Of a DNA stretch of 45,132 bases, positions 19,230 through 29,321 are shown piece after piece. A program made the position numbers and the translations under genes. The notes beneath the pieces are model-generated. The model was not told the DNA's origin, did no database searches, and saw nothing but the letters and a program-made list of their open reading frames with translations. Positions within the stretch are counted from its first letter, which is position 1, and each line of letters begins with the position of its first letter. Source of the DNA: an uncultured bacterium (GTDB taxonomy: Bacteria; Patescibacteriota; Minisyncoccia; Phycocordibacterales; UBA9973); the NCBI GenBank assembly GCA_903834665.1, contig CAILJY010000070.1:1-45132 (forward strand), read 5' to 3'.

Positions 19230-20688
19230 TCCCAAAAGAAAGAAATTTTGAGAGTAAACTGTTGGATTTTAAATACACGTTTATGCGTCTACGAGCCAGA
19301 CTTGTTTTTGCATAGTCTAGCCATTTCGATGATGGTTTTGCATTTTTGTTTATTTGAACCTCAACAATATCATTAGTTTTTAATTTAGTTCCGATTGAAG
19401 AATTTTTGCCATTTATTATTGCTCCTTGAACATGATCTCCAACATCTGTATGAATAGCATAAGCAAAATCTATAACACTCGAATCCTCGGGTAGATCGAT
19501 AATATCTCCTTTTGGAGTGAAAACGAAAACTCTATCTTTAAAGAAATCCATTTTTATTGATTTTAAGAATTTTTCGGGGTTTTCTTTAATCTGATTTAAA
19601 TCATGAAGTTGGGTTACCCATTCTAATTGTTTAGGAATTGTTTTTTCTACTTTACTTCTTTCTTTATAAATAAAATGAGCGGCGATACCATTTTCAGCTT
19701 TTTCATGCATTTCATGAGTACGAATTTGAATCTCGACTATTCCTCCTGTCCCGGTAAAGATAGTTGTATGGAGACTTTGGTATCCATTTGTTTTTGGAGA
19801 AGCGATATAATCTTTTATTCGGTTGGGGACAGGAGTCCATTCTCCATGAATCAATCCAAGTACGTGATAACAATCAGCCACAGTATTGACCATTACTCGG
19901 AGAGCAATAATGTCATATATTTTACCCATATCCATATCGTATTTTTGAAGTTTTTTCCAAAGAGAATAGAGATGTTTTTGGCGGTAATCAATTATTGTAT
20001 TTTTTATTTTTGATTCTTTGATTTTTTTAATTATTTCATCTTTTACTTCAATCAAATATTTTTCCTCAACATCTTTTTTCCCTAATAATAATTTTTTAAC
20101 TTCGTTATATTCTTTTGGGTATGCAAATTTAAAAGCGGCATCTTCAAGTTTACCTTTAAGGCGTCCCATAGATAGGCGGTCAGCAAGAGGCGCATATATT
20201 TCTAATGTTTCAAGAGCAATACGTTTTTGTTTATCTGGTCTAACATGCTCTAAAGTTTCTATATTATGAAGCCTATCTGCTAGTTTGATAACTAAAACTC
20301 GTAAATCTTTTGCAATAGAAATAAAAAATTTCCTTAAATTTTCAACATTTCTTTCGACTCCTTTATATTTTACTTTTCCAAGTTTAGTAACTCCTTCAAT
20401 CAAATTAACTATTTCTTCTCCAAATTCTTTTTTTAATTCTTCTTCTGTCACTTCCGCATCTTCAAGGACGTCATGAAGTAAACCAGCGGCTATGACAGTT
20501 GGACTCATCTCAAGATCAGCTAAGTTACGAGCAGTATTGGCAACATGAGTAAAATATGGTTCACCACTTTTTCTCAACTGTCCATTGTGAGCTTTTTCCG
20601 CAAAGTTATAAGCCTTTTCTATAAGAGCTTTTTCTTTTTCTTTGATATTTGGCTTTAAAGATATTATATCTTCTATCGTCGGAGTCAT
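19222..20688 (-). CDS. relA: RelA/SpoT family (p)ppGpp synthetase/hydrolase (HD + SYNTH + TGS only)
   Basis: H.GQ.RKSGEPY, LLHDVLED, KLADRLHN, NGYQSLHT, EIQIRT, DFAYAIHT. Confidence 0.93.
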   Translation of the reverse strand: MTPTIEDIISLKPNIKEKEKALIEKAYNFAEKAHNGQLRKSGEPYFTHVANTARNLADLEMSPTVIAAGLLHDVLEDAEVTEEELKKEFGEEIVNLIEGVTKLGKVKYKGVERNVENLRKFFISIAKDLRVLVIKLADRLHNIETLEHVRPDKQKRIALETLEIYAPLADRLSMGRLKGKLEDAAFKFAYPKEYNEVKKLLLGKKDVEEKYLIEVKDEIIKKIKESKIKNTIIDYRQKHLYSLWKKLQKYDMDMGKIYDIIALRVMVNTVADCYHVLGLIHGEWTPVPNRIKDYIASPKTNGYQSLHTTIFTGTGGIVEIQIRTHEMHEKAENGIAAHFIYKERSKVEKTIPKQLEWVTQLHDLNQIKENPEKFLKSIKMDFFKDRVFVFTPKGDIIDLPEDSSVIDFAYAIHTDVGDHVQGAIINGKNSSIGTKLKTNDIVEVQINKNAKPSSKWLDYAKTSLARRRINVYLKSNSLLSKFLSFGKN

Positions 20689-20724
20689 AAGAATATTATA
20701 ACCGTATTGATATAATTTGGAAAG

Positions 20725-22962
20725 TTATTTATTGTTTTTAATATTATCTCCATGTTTATGGGGGTTGTGGTTTTTACACATTTTGTTTGAACATCTTTCT
20801 GGTATTGTTTTTGTTCCTTCCATCATTAGTGAATCACACAAGTCACAATTATTGCCAGTTGGTTTTGCTTTTATCGCATTTTTGCAATCTGGATAATTTG
20901 AACATGAATAAAATATTCCAAAACGGCCTCTACGTTCCATCATTTTGCCTTTACGACAAACAGGGCAATCAACTTCAGTCATTTTCTTTTTTAATTCTTC
21001 CTCATCTTGTTTTATAAATTTACATTTTGGATAACGTGAACAAGATATAAATAATCCAAATTTTCCTTCTCTTGTTACTAATTTTCCTCCACCTGATTTA
21101 CCTTTTTTATCTCCGCAAGTAGGGCATATTTCACCTGTTTCTTTTGGGCCTTCAAGTACATTACCTTCTATAGTACGAGCTCCACTGCAATCTGGATAAT
21201 TTGAACATGAATAAAATTTACCAGATCGGGATAATTTTATGATCATATTTTTATTACATTTTGGACAAAGTATGTCTACTGGAGCTTCTCCCATATTTGT
21301 GGCTTTAGCTAATTTGTCTTTTTCTTTTATTTCTTTTTGAAAAGGAGTATAGAAATCTTTTAGTGTTTTAGTATAATCTCTTTTTCCGTTTGATATTTCA
21401 TCAAGTTCATCTTCCATCTCAGCCGTGAAAGTATCACTGATATAATTTGCAAAATTGTTTTCAAGAAAAGAGGAGACTACATCACCAGTATCGGTAGGGA
21501 ATAAAGTTTTACCTTCTTTCCCCACATAACCTCTGTCTTCGATTGTTTTCATAATAGAAGCATAAGTAGAAGGTCTACCTATACCTCGAGATTCCAATTC
21601 TTTTATTAATCCAGCTTCAGAGTAACGATTGGGTGGTTCAGTAAATTTTTCAGTAATTGTTATTTCTATTAATTTTAATTCTTCTCCTTTTTTTATATTT
21701 GGCAATTCAGTGTCTTCTCCACGAGCCCCCGTATCACAGATAAGCCATCCAAGGAATTGGACTTGTGATCCATTGGCAGTAAAGTCTGGGATTTTTTTAC
21801 TTTCTATATTGGCAATAATTTTAGTTTTTAATAGTTTTGCATCAGACATTTGAGAAGAAACTGTCCTTTCCCAAATTAGACGGTAAAGCTTTTTTTGATC
21901 CTCACTTATTCCTGCACTTATCTGTTCTATGTGAGTTGGTCTGATGGCCTCATGTGCTTCTTGAGCATTTTTGGATTTTGTTTTGTAAAAATGTATTTCG
22001 GCATATTCTTTTCCGTATTTTTTTTCTACTAATGAGATGATTTGATTTTGGGCTTGGATAGACAGATTTGTACTATCTGTACGCATGTATGTAATAAATC
22101 CAGATTCATATAACTTTTGAGCTGCTTGCATTGTTCTTGAAGGAGAAAAACCTAAACGAGTACTCGCGGTTTGTTGAAGAGTGGAAGTTGTGAAAGGAGC
22201 ACGAGGAGATCTTTTCTGTTCGTTGGTTTTTACATCAATAACCATCCATTTTTCTTTTTTGCCCAGCTCTAAAATATTTTCTACTATTTTTTGTTCACGT
22301 GATTCTTCACTACAAGATAAAGTTAATTTATTTTTATTTTCAGTATCAAATAATCCTTCAAGAGTCCAATATTTTTCAGGAACAAAAGCTCTTATTTCTC
22401 TTTCTCTTTCCATTATTATACGAAGAGCAGGAGATTGGACACGTCCGGCCGAGAGCCCGTAACGTACTTTTTTCCAAATTATTCCAGATAAATCATATCC
22501 AACAAGACGATCAAGTACTCGTCTCGCTTCTTGAGCTTTGACTAAATTCTCATCAATATCACGGGGTTTAGAAAGAGCCTCTTCTACTGCTTCTTTGGTG
22601 ATTTCATGAAATGTCACACGTTTAATAGGGGATTTTATTTTTGGGTCTTCATCAAGTAACGTTTTTAAATGCCATGAGATAGCTTCTCCTTCACGATCTG
22701 GGTCGGTAGCAAGCATGATTTCGTTGGCACGTTCACCTAAAGATTTTAATTCAGAAACTATTTTTTCTTTCCCTTTTGAAATCTCATATCGTGGGATAAA
22801 TCCACCTTCTATATCGATTGCATCTTTGTTTGATTTTGGTAAATCTCTTATATGCCCAACTGAAGCACGAACAGTCCATCTATCTAATCCAGTTTTATCT
22901 GTTGATAAATATTTTTCTATCGTCTTTGCTTTTGAAGGTGATTCAACAATTAAAAGTTTCAT
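20725..22962 (-). CDS. topA: DNA topoisomerase I
   Basis: IVESPSKAKTI, ATDPDREGEAI, SAGRVQS, ITYMRTDS, C-terminal zinc ribbons. Confidence 0.97.
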   Translation of the reverse strand: MKLLIVESPSKAKTIEKYLSTDKTGLDRWTVRASVGHIRDLPKSNKDAIDIEGGFIPRYEISKGKEKIVSELKSLGERANEIMLATDPDREGEAISWHLKTLLDEDPKIKSPIKRVTFHEITKEAVEEALSKPRDIDENLVKAQEARRVLDRLVGYDLSGIIWKKVRYGLSAGRVQSPALRIIMEREREIRAFVPEKYWTLEGLFDTENKNKLTLSCSEESREQKIVENILELGKKEKWMVIDVKTNEQKRSPRAPFTTSTLQQTASTRLGFSPSRTMQAAQKLYESGFITYMRTDSTNLSIQAQNQIISLVEKKYGKEYAEIHFYKTKSKNAQEAHEAIRPTHIEQISAGISEDQKKLYRLIWERTVSSQMSDAKLLKTKIIANIESKKIPDFTANGSQVQFLGWLICDTGARGEDTELPNIKKGEELKLIEITITEKFTEPPNRYSEAGLIKELESRGIGRPSTYASIMKTIEDRGYVGKEGKTLFPTDTGDVVSSFLENNFANYISDTFTAEMEDELDEISNGKRDYTKTLKDFYTPFQKEIKEKDKLAKATNMGEAPVDILCPKCNKNMIIKLSRSGKFYSCSNYPDCSGARTIEGNVLEGPKETGEICPTCGDKKGKSGGGKLVTREGKFGLFISCSRYPKCKFIKQDEEELKKKMTEVDCPVCRKGKMMERRGRFGIFYSCSNYPDCKNAIKAKPTGNNCDLCDSLMMEGTKTIPERCSNKMCKNHNPHKHGDNIKNNK

Positions 22963-23036
22963 ATTTTATAATTATTACATCAAATTATATTTTTTAGCAA
23001 ATTTTATTTTTTCTTTTTTTGTGTTAATCTTTAAAT

Positions 23037-24872
23037 ATGTGTGGAATTGTAGGATACATTGGAAATAAAAAGTCTTCACCAATCTTAATAAAAGGATTGA
23101 AGTATTTAGAATACCGTGGGTACGATAGTGCTGGTATTGCAGTTCTTGATAAAGGTCAGATTCAAACTTATAAAAAGAAAGGGAAAGTATCTTTATTGGA
23201 GTCTTTTATTAAAAATAAAAAAATAGAAGGGAATATAGGGATAGCCCATACTAGATGGGCAACTCATGGTGAGCCTTCAGATAAGAATTCGCACCCGCAT
23301 CTTTCAAATTCTGGAGAGATTGCAATTGTTCATAATGGAATAATAGAAAATTATCAATCAATAAAAAAAATTTTAGAAAGTAAGGGTTATATTTTTAAAT
23401 CAGAAACTGATACGGAGGTATTAATTAATTTGATTGAAGATGTTCAAAAAAATACTAAAACCAATATTGCGGAAGCGGTACGTTTGGCTCTTGCGAAAGT
23501 TGTAGGTGCTTATGCGGTGGTGATTATGTCACAAAATGAAGATACTCTCATTGTTGCCAAAAATGGCAGCCCTGTTGTATTGGGTGTTGGTGATGGTGAA
23601 TATTTTATTGCTTCTGATGCGACTCCTCTTATTGAACATACAAATAAAGTTATTTATTTAAATGACGGAGAGATGGCCATCATAAAGAAAGATAAGTTAA
23701 TTGTTAAAACAATTAAAAATGTAATAAAAATTCCTTATATTAAAAAATTGGATATCAAATTAGAAGAATTAGAGAAAGAAGGATTTTCTCATTTTATGTT
23801 GAAAGAAATTTATGAACAGCCACGTTCTATAAGAGACAGTATAAGAGGAAGAGTAAATTTAAAAAATGGAGAAATAAAACTTGCTGGATTTGAAGAAATT
23901 TTAGATAAATTTAAAAACGCCAAGAGGATAATAATACTTGCTTGTGGGACTAGTTGGCACGCAGGTCTTGAAGCGAAGTATTTTTTTGAAGAGTTCGCTC
24001 AAATTCCCGTTTCCGTTGAGTATGCTTCAGAATTTAGATACAGAAATCCAGTCATATATAAAGACGATGTGGTCATAGCTATTTCTCAATCAGGAGAGAC
24101 TGCGGATACTCTTGCTGCTATTAAATTAGCCAAAGAAAAAGGTGCTACTATTTTTGGGGTATGTAATGTTGTTGGTTCTTCAATTCCACGTCACACAGAC
24201 GCAGGGTCATATACTCACGCAGGGACAGAGATTGGGGTTGCATCTACTAAAGCTTTCACTGCCCAATTAACTGTTTTAATGTTGATCTGTCTTAGACTGG
24301 CTTTATTGAAAAAATGTATTTCTAAAAATAAAGTAAAAAAGATATTAGAAGAGCTTGATTCGATTCCTCATTTAGTTGAAAAAGCTTTAAAAGAAAAAGA
24401 TAAGATAAATATAATTGCCAAAAAATTTAAAAATGCTAAAAATTTTATTTACCTAGGAAGAGGATATGGCTTTCCTCTTGCTCTTGAAGGAGCATTAAAA
24501 CTTAAAGAAATTTCTTATATTCATGCAGAAGGGTATCCTGCGGCAGAAATGAAACATGGTCCAATTGCTTTGATAGACGAAAATATGCCAGTAGTATTTA
24601 TTGCTAATAAAGGTCCATCTTATGAAAAAGTTATTAGTAATATGATGGAGGTTAAAGCTCGAAAAGGAATAATTATTGCAATAGTTACAAAAGGAGATAA
24701 AGACGCTAAAAAGATTGCTGATTATTCAATCGAAATTCCTGAAACAAATGAAATCATGATGCCTTTTGTGGCATCTGTTCCACTTCAAATGCTTGCTTAT
24801 TATATTGCGGTTCTTCGTGGTTGTGATGTAGATAAACCTAGAAATTTAGCTAAATCTGTAACCGTTGAATAA
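23037..24872 (+). CDS. glmS: Glutamine--fructose-6-phosphate aminotransferase
   Basis: MCGIVG, LEYRGYDSAG, HTRWATHG, VASTKAF, PRNLAKSVTVE. Confidence 0.97.
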   Translation: MCGIVGYIGNKKSSPILIKGLKYLEYRGYDSAGIAVLDKGQIQTYKKKGKVSLLESFIKNKKIEGNIGIAHTRWATHGEPSDKNSHPHLSNSGEIAIVHNGIIENYQSIKKILESKGYIFKSETDTEVLINLIEDVQKNTKTNIAEAVRLALAKVVGAYAVVIMSQNEDTLIVAKNGSPVVLGVGDGEYFIASDATPLIEHTNKVIYLNDGEMAIIKKDKLIVKTIKNVIKIPYIKKLDIKLEELEKEGFSHFMLKEIYEQPRSIRDSIRGRVNLKNGEIKLAGFEEILDKFKNAKRIIILACGTSWHAGLEAKYFFEEFAQIPVSVEYASEFRYRNPVIYKDDVVIAISQSGETADTLAAIKLAKEKGATIFGVCNVVGSSIPRHTDAGSYTHAGTEIGVASTKAFTAQLTVLMLICLRLALLKKCISKNKVKKILEELDSIPHLVEKALKEKDKINIIAKKFKNAKNFIYLGRGYGFPLALEGALKLKEISYIHAEGYPAAEMKHGPIALIDENMPVVFIANKGPSYEKVISNMMEVKARKGIIIAIVTKGDKDAKKIADYSIEIPETNEIMMPFVASVPLQMLAYYIAVLRGCDVDKPRNLAKSVTVE

Positions 24873-24875
24873 TAC

Positions 24876-24900
24876 AATCGTGAGGCAAGACCTCACGATT
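24876..24900. repeat. Short REP-like palindrome or terminator between glmS and dprA
   Basis: AATCGTGAGG-CAAGA-CCTCACGATT perfect 10-bp stem. Confidence 0.6.
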
Positions 24901-24909
24901 ATATAAATT

Positions 24910-25773
24910 TTATATTTTTCTAATTTCTCCTAATTCTTCTTTTATTAAATCCTTGATTTCCATTATGGAAAGGAGAGCGTTAGCTTCTGATGTTGGCATT
25001 CCAGAAATTCTAATAAGCTCATCACGTTCAATTGGTTCACGAAGTAAATTTATTATTTTTAATTCTTCTTTTGAACAATCAATGTATTTTTCTTCTTCAG
25101 ATAATATTTTTCTTTCTATTTCAAATCCAAGGGCTTCTAAAATATCATTACTACTAGTTATTGGAGTTGCTCCTTGTTTTATCAGCCAGTTAGTCCCATT
25201 TGAATTTGATGAAAAAGCTGATCCTGGAACAGCCAAAATATCACGATTATAATCAAGAGCCATACGGGCAGTGATCAAAGTCCCTGATTTTTCTTCAGCT
25301 TCTATTATAAGTACAGCTTTTGAAATTCCCGCCATAAGACGATTCCTTTGAGGGAAAGAATAAAGTTGTGATATTGCATTTGGTAAAAATTCTGAAATTA
25401 AACACCCCCCATTATCAACAATTTCTTGAGCAAGTTTTATATTCATTCTAGGATACAAGACACTATTATCAAGTCCTGATCCAGGAAATGAAATTGTAAT
25501 AAGACCATTATCCAGTGCTGCTCTATGAGCAATACTATCTATCCCCATAGCAAGTCCGGAAACTATTACTATTGGATAACCTTTTAATCCATGAATTAAT
25601 TTTTCACAGATATCTTTTCCATAAGAAGTATATTTACGAGATCCAACTACTGCTAAATATATTAGGTTTGGACTAGGAAGTTTGCCTCTTATATATAGAG
25701 TCTTGGGAGGTTGAGGAATTTCGAGTAAGGGTTTAGGAAATTGATCTAATTTTAATTTATAGATATCTTCCAT
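24910..25773 (-). CDS. dprA: DNA-processing protein DprA
   Basis: AVVGSR, VSGLA.GID, FPQRNR, SGTLITA. Confidence 0.95.
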   Translation of the reverse strand: MEDIYKLKLDQFPKPLLEIPQPPKTLYIRGKLPSPNLIYLAVVGSRKYTSYGKDICEKLIHGLKGYPIVIVSGLAMGIDSIAHRAALDNGLITISFPGSGLDNSVLYPRMNIKLAQEIVDNGGCLISEFLPNAISQLYSFPQRNRLMAGISKAVLIIEAEEKSGTLITARMALDYNRDILAVPGSAFSSNSNGTNWLIKQGATPITSSNDILEALGFEIERKILSEEEKYIDCSKEELKIINLLREPIERDELIRISGMPTSEANALLSIMEIKDLIKEELGEIRKI

Positions 25774-25876
25774 ATGATTTTATGTAACCTTGCTTTAATT
25801 TGTATATTATATCATTTTTTACTCGCCCTGTATCAAATTTTGAAAAATTTTTGCTTCGAGGTATACTATAAACATT

Positions 25877-27184
25877 ATGTTAGATATTAAATTTATTCGT
25901 GAAAATAAAGAGGTGGTCAAAGAAGGGGCCAAGAAAAAACACATTGAAGTTGATATTGATAATTTACTTTCTATCGATGAAAAAAGATTAGAGATTCTTT
26001 CACGTGTTGAATTTTTAAGAGGAGAACAAAATAAAGTTAGTATTTCAATGGGCCAAAAAATAGAAGATTCTTTACGCCTCCAGCTTATTGAAGAGATGCG
26101 TTTAGTCAAAGATGAGTTAAAAGAAAAAGAAGAAGAACTGCGTAACGCTATTATAGAGTGGCAAGGTTTAATGTTAAAAATACCAAATATACCATCAGTT
26201 GATACTCCAATTGGTCCTGACGACTCTGCAAATGTTGTTATTCGTCAATGGGGTGAAAAACCAGAATTTTCTTTTAATCCAAAAGAACATAGTGAACTAG
26301 GTAAAGCTTTGGGGATTATAGATACTGAGACAGCAGGAGAAGTGGCTTCTTCCCGTTTTGCTTATTTAAAAGGGGATTTAGTTTTATTACAATTTGCTTT
26401 AATTCAGATGTGTTTGGAAATTTTAACAAATGAGGAAACACTAAAACAAATAGCAGAAAAATCAAATATTTCTATAAATGTTTCAAAATTTATACCAGTT
26501 GTTCCTCCTGTTTTTGTTAGACCATTGGTACAAGTTAAAATGGCAAGATATATGACTCCTGAAGAACATTATATTTTTCCTAATGACGATCTGATGCTTA
26601 TTGGAAGTGCTGAACATACTCTTGGTTCTATGCATATGGATAAAATTTTTGATGAGAAAGATCTTCCTATTAGATATGCTGGTTATTCAACTGCCTTTAG
26701 AAGAGAAGCTGGTGCTGCGGGGAAAGATACTAGTGGTATTTTACGCCAGCATCAATTTGATAAATTAGAGATGGAAGTTTTTTCCCTCCCTGAAAATTCC
26801 ATGCAAGAACAAAATTTTCTTGTGGCTATTCAAGAATATGTTTTACAAACTTTGAAATTACCATATCAAGTAGTTTCAGTTTGTACCGGAGATATGGGTT
26901 TCCCCGATACTAGACAGATAGATATTGAGACATGGATGCCAGGGCAAAATAAATATAGAGAAACTCATAGTTCAGATTCAACTGGTGGATTCCAAGCTCG
27001 TAGGTTGAATACTAGAGTTAGAAGAATTGATGGCAAGATAGAACCTGTTCATATGAATGATGCTACTGTCGTAGCAATAGGAAGAATGTTAATAGCAATT
27101 ATGGAAAACTATCAACAAGAAGATGGTACTATAAAAATTCCTGAAGTTTTGCAAAAATATTTAGGTAAAGATATTATTTCGTAA
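25877..27184 (+). CDS. serS: Serine--tRNA ligase
   Basis: MLDIKFIREN, coiled-coil arm, SAEH, FRREAG, RQHQFDKLE, ENYQ..DG. Confidence 0.96.
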   Translation: MLDIKFIRENKEVVKEGAKKKHIEVDIDNLLSIDEKRLEILSRVEFLRGEQNKVSISMGQKIEDSLRLQLIEEMRLVKDELKEKEEELRNAIIEWQGLMLKIPNIPSVDTPIGPDDSANVVIRQWGEKPEFSFNPKEHSELGKALGIIDTETAGEVASSRFAYLKGDLVLLQFALIQMCLEILTNEETLKQIAEKSNISINVSKFIPVVPPVFVRPLVQVKMARYMTPEEHYIFPNDDLMLIGSAEHTLGSMHMDKIFDEKDLPIRYAGYSTAFRREAGAAGKDTSGILRQHQFDKLEMEVFSLPENSMQEQNFLVAIQEYVLQTLKLPYQVVSVCTGDMGFPDTRQIDIETWMPGQNKYRETHSSDSTGGFQARRLNTRVRRIDGKIEPVHMNDATVVAIGRMLIAIMENYQQEDGTIKIPEVLQKYLGKDIIS

Positions 27185-27191
27185 ATAGAAT

Positions 27192-28058
27192 ATGAGAGAT
27201 ATTCCTACATCTCCGCGTGTGATAGAAATAAGGCATAATCGTCGGATCAAACGGTTACGTTTTTTAGCATTTGGGATAGTTCTATTGATAGCTATTATTT
27301 TTGCTCTTTCTTTTTTTTCTGGCAGTAAAGGGATGATGATAAATAAAATAGAAATAACTGGTACCCATATAATAGATCAGAATGATGTTAAAGAAGAAAT
27401 TTATCAAAATATTTTTGGTAGGTATGTTTATCTTTTTGATAAATCTAATGGTTTTATTTATCCTCATGATCAAATATATGATAACTTAATTTTAAAATTT
27501 CCAAGGATTAAGAAACTTTCAGTATATAGAGATGATTTGAAAACATTACATATCGATATAACAGAAAAGATTGGATCATATCTTTATTGTGGAATTGATA
27601 TTCCAATAAATAAAAATGAATTAGGAGAAAATTGTTATTTTATAAATAATGATGGACTTATTTTTGATAAAGCACCTTATTTTTCAGGTAATGTTTATTT
27701 TAAATATTATGTAGAATTAGAAAATGGACGTAAGGAACCATTAGGAGCACAATTATTTAATTCAGAATATTTTTATAAGATGACTAGATTTATCGATGGT
27801 ATTTCTTCTCTAGGATTTAAGCCAATATATATAATAATGAGTAAAGATGGGACCAATTCATTATATTTGGATAGTAAAAATAATGAAAATATTCCAAAAA
27901 TAATTTTTAAAAATGAGGATGATCTTGATATTATAAAAGATAATTTTGATATTGCTATGAAGAAAAAAGAATTTGCCAATGAAGTTAATTCAAAGTATGA
28001 TAAACTTTTATACATAGATCTTCGTTTTAAAAATAAAGTCCTATATAAATTCCAGTAA
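27192..28058 (+). CDS. FtsQ/DivIB-like membrane protein
   Basis: Basic N-terminus, single TM, POTRA-like I.I.G segment, C-terminal YIDLRF. Confidence 0.65.
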   Translation: MRDIPTSPRVIEIRHNRRIKRLRFLAFGIVLLIAIIFALSFFSGSKGMMINKIEITGTHIIDQNDVKEEIYQNIFGRYVYLFDKSNGFIYPHDQIYDNLILKFPRIKKLSVYRDDLKTLHIDITEKIGSYLYCGIDIPINKNELGENCYFINNDGLIFDKAPYFSGNVYFKYYVELENGRKEPLGAQLFNSEYFYKMTRFIDGISSLGFKPIYIIMSKDGTNSLYLDSKNNENIPKIIFKNEDDLDIIKDNFDIAMKKKEFANEVNSKYDKLLYIDLRFKNKVLYKFQ

Positions 28059-28066
28059 ATCGTTCC

Positions 28067-28142
28067 GCAGAATTATTAAAATTTTTCCCGTTTTACCCAG
28101 GGTACTGGGCTCCGACACGGATAAAAATTTCAATAATTCTGC
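28067..28142. repeat. Intergenic palindromic element with AT-rich arms and a GC-rich core
   Basis: GCAGAATTATTAAAATTTTT...AAAAATTTCAATAATTCTGC arms; inner CCCAG-GGTA-CTGGG hairpin. Confidence 0.7.
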
Positions 28143-28161
28143 TTCACAGTTTAATTAAAGT

Positions 28162-29262
28162 ATGAAAAATATTTTTGAAAAATTAGAAAAACCATTTTTT
28201 TGTTTAGCCCCAATGGCCGATGTAACCGATGCGGCTTTTAGAAGTATTATTTGTAAATATGGTAAACCAGATATTTTTTGGACAGAATTTGTTTCGGCTG
28301 ATGGTCTTTCTAGCCCTGGAAGAGAAATCTTAAAAGATAATTTGATTTTTAATAAAAAAGAACATCCTATTGTTGTTCAGCTTTTTTCTTCAAATATAGA
28401 TAAAATGCGCGAGGCCTCAAAATATTGTGCATCTCTTGGTTTTGATGGGATTGATATCAATATGGGGTGCCCAGACCGTTCTGTAGAAAAACAAGGTGCT
28501 GGAGCTGCAATGATAAAAGATATGAAAAAAGCAGGGGAAATAATCCAAGCTGTAAAAGATGGAATAAAAGATTTTAAAAAAAAGGGAAAGACAAAAAATA
28601 TTTCTATATCAGTAAAAACTAGGATTGGATACAATAAAAATCAAATCAAGGAATGGATTCCATTTCTATTATCATGTGGCATTGATGCTTTGACTATTCA
28701 TGCTCGTACACGAAAAGAGATGTCTCTCGTCCCAGCCAGATGGGAGCATATTAAAGAAGTTGTTGAAATTAGAAATAAAATGGGAGTTAAAACGAAGATT
28801 ATAGGGAATGGTGATGTTAGGGATTTAAAACATGGGTATGAACTTGCAAAAGAAACAGGTTGTGACGGAGTGATGATTGGGAGAGCGATATTTGGTAATC
28901 CGTGGTTGTTTACTAATAGTAGGAATGGAATTAATTCAAAATTTTCTCAGGTTCTCGGACGAGGGAGGACGAGGAGCCAGACCAGTTCAAAAATTTTAAT
29001 TAATTCCACTCCTACATTAAAAGAAAAATTAAAAGTTATGTTAGAGCATACAAAATTATTTGAAAAAATACTTGGTAAACATAGGAATTTTGCTATTATG
29101 AAAAAACATTTTAAAGCTTATGTTAATGGTTTTCCTGCCCGCCCTCACGATAGTTCGGGAGCAGGCGGGATTGGAACTAAAGAATTACGCGTAAAACTTA
29201 TGGAAACAAAAAATGCGAAAGAAGTAGAGAAAATAGTTTCTAATTTTCTCAAAAATCATTAA
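28162..29262 (+). CDS. dusB: tRNA-dihydrouridine synthase (DusB-like) with two internal insertions
   Basis: LAPMADVTD, IDINMGCP, SVKTRIG, TIHART, GNGDV, GVMIGRA.FGNPW. Confidence 0.9.
   Translation: MKNIFEKLEKPFFCLAPMADVTDAAFRSIICKYGKPDIFWTEFVSADGLSSPGREILKDNLIFNKKEHPIVVQLFSSNIDKMREASKYCASLGFDGIDINMGCPDRSVEKQGAGAAMIKDMKKAGEIIQAVKDGIKDFKKKGKTKNISISVKTRIGYNKNQIKEWIPFLLSCGIDALTIHARTRKEMSLVPARWEHIKEVVEIRNKMGVKTKIIGNGDVRDLKHGYELAKETGCDGVMIGRAIFGNPWLFTNSRNGINSKFSQVLGRGRTRSQTSSKILINSTPTLKEKLKVMLEHTKLFEKILGKHRNFAIMKKHFKAYVNGFPARPHDSSGAGGIGTKELRVKLMETKNAKEVEKIVSNFLKNH
28921..29013. repeat. In-frame palindromic element, copy 2 (inside dus)
   Basis: Arms AGGAATGGAATTAATTCAAAATTTT/AAAATTTTAATTAATTCCACTCCT around core GGTTCTCGGACGAGGGAGGACGAGGAGCCAGACC (28950-28983); 93 bp. 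Confidence 0.85.
29134..29169. repeat. 36-bp GC-rich hairpin inserted in-frame in dus
   Basis: CCTGCCCGCCCTCACGA-TAGT-TCGGGAGCAGGCGGG encodes PARPHDSSGAGG; removing it restores GFIGTKELR. Confidence 0.75.
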
Positions 29263-29321
29263 TTTGGCTTGCTCCGTTGTAAATTTTGATAAAAATTTCT
29301 TTACGGGGTATAATCAAGTTT

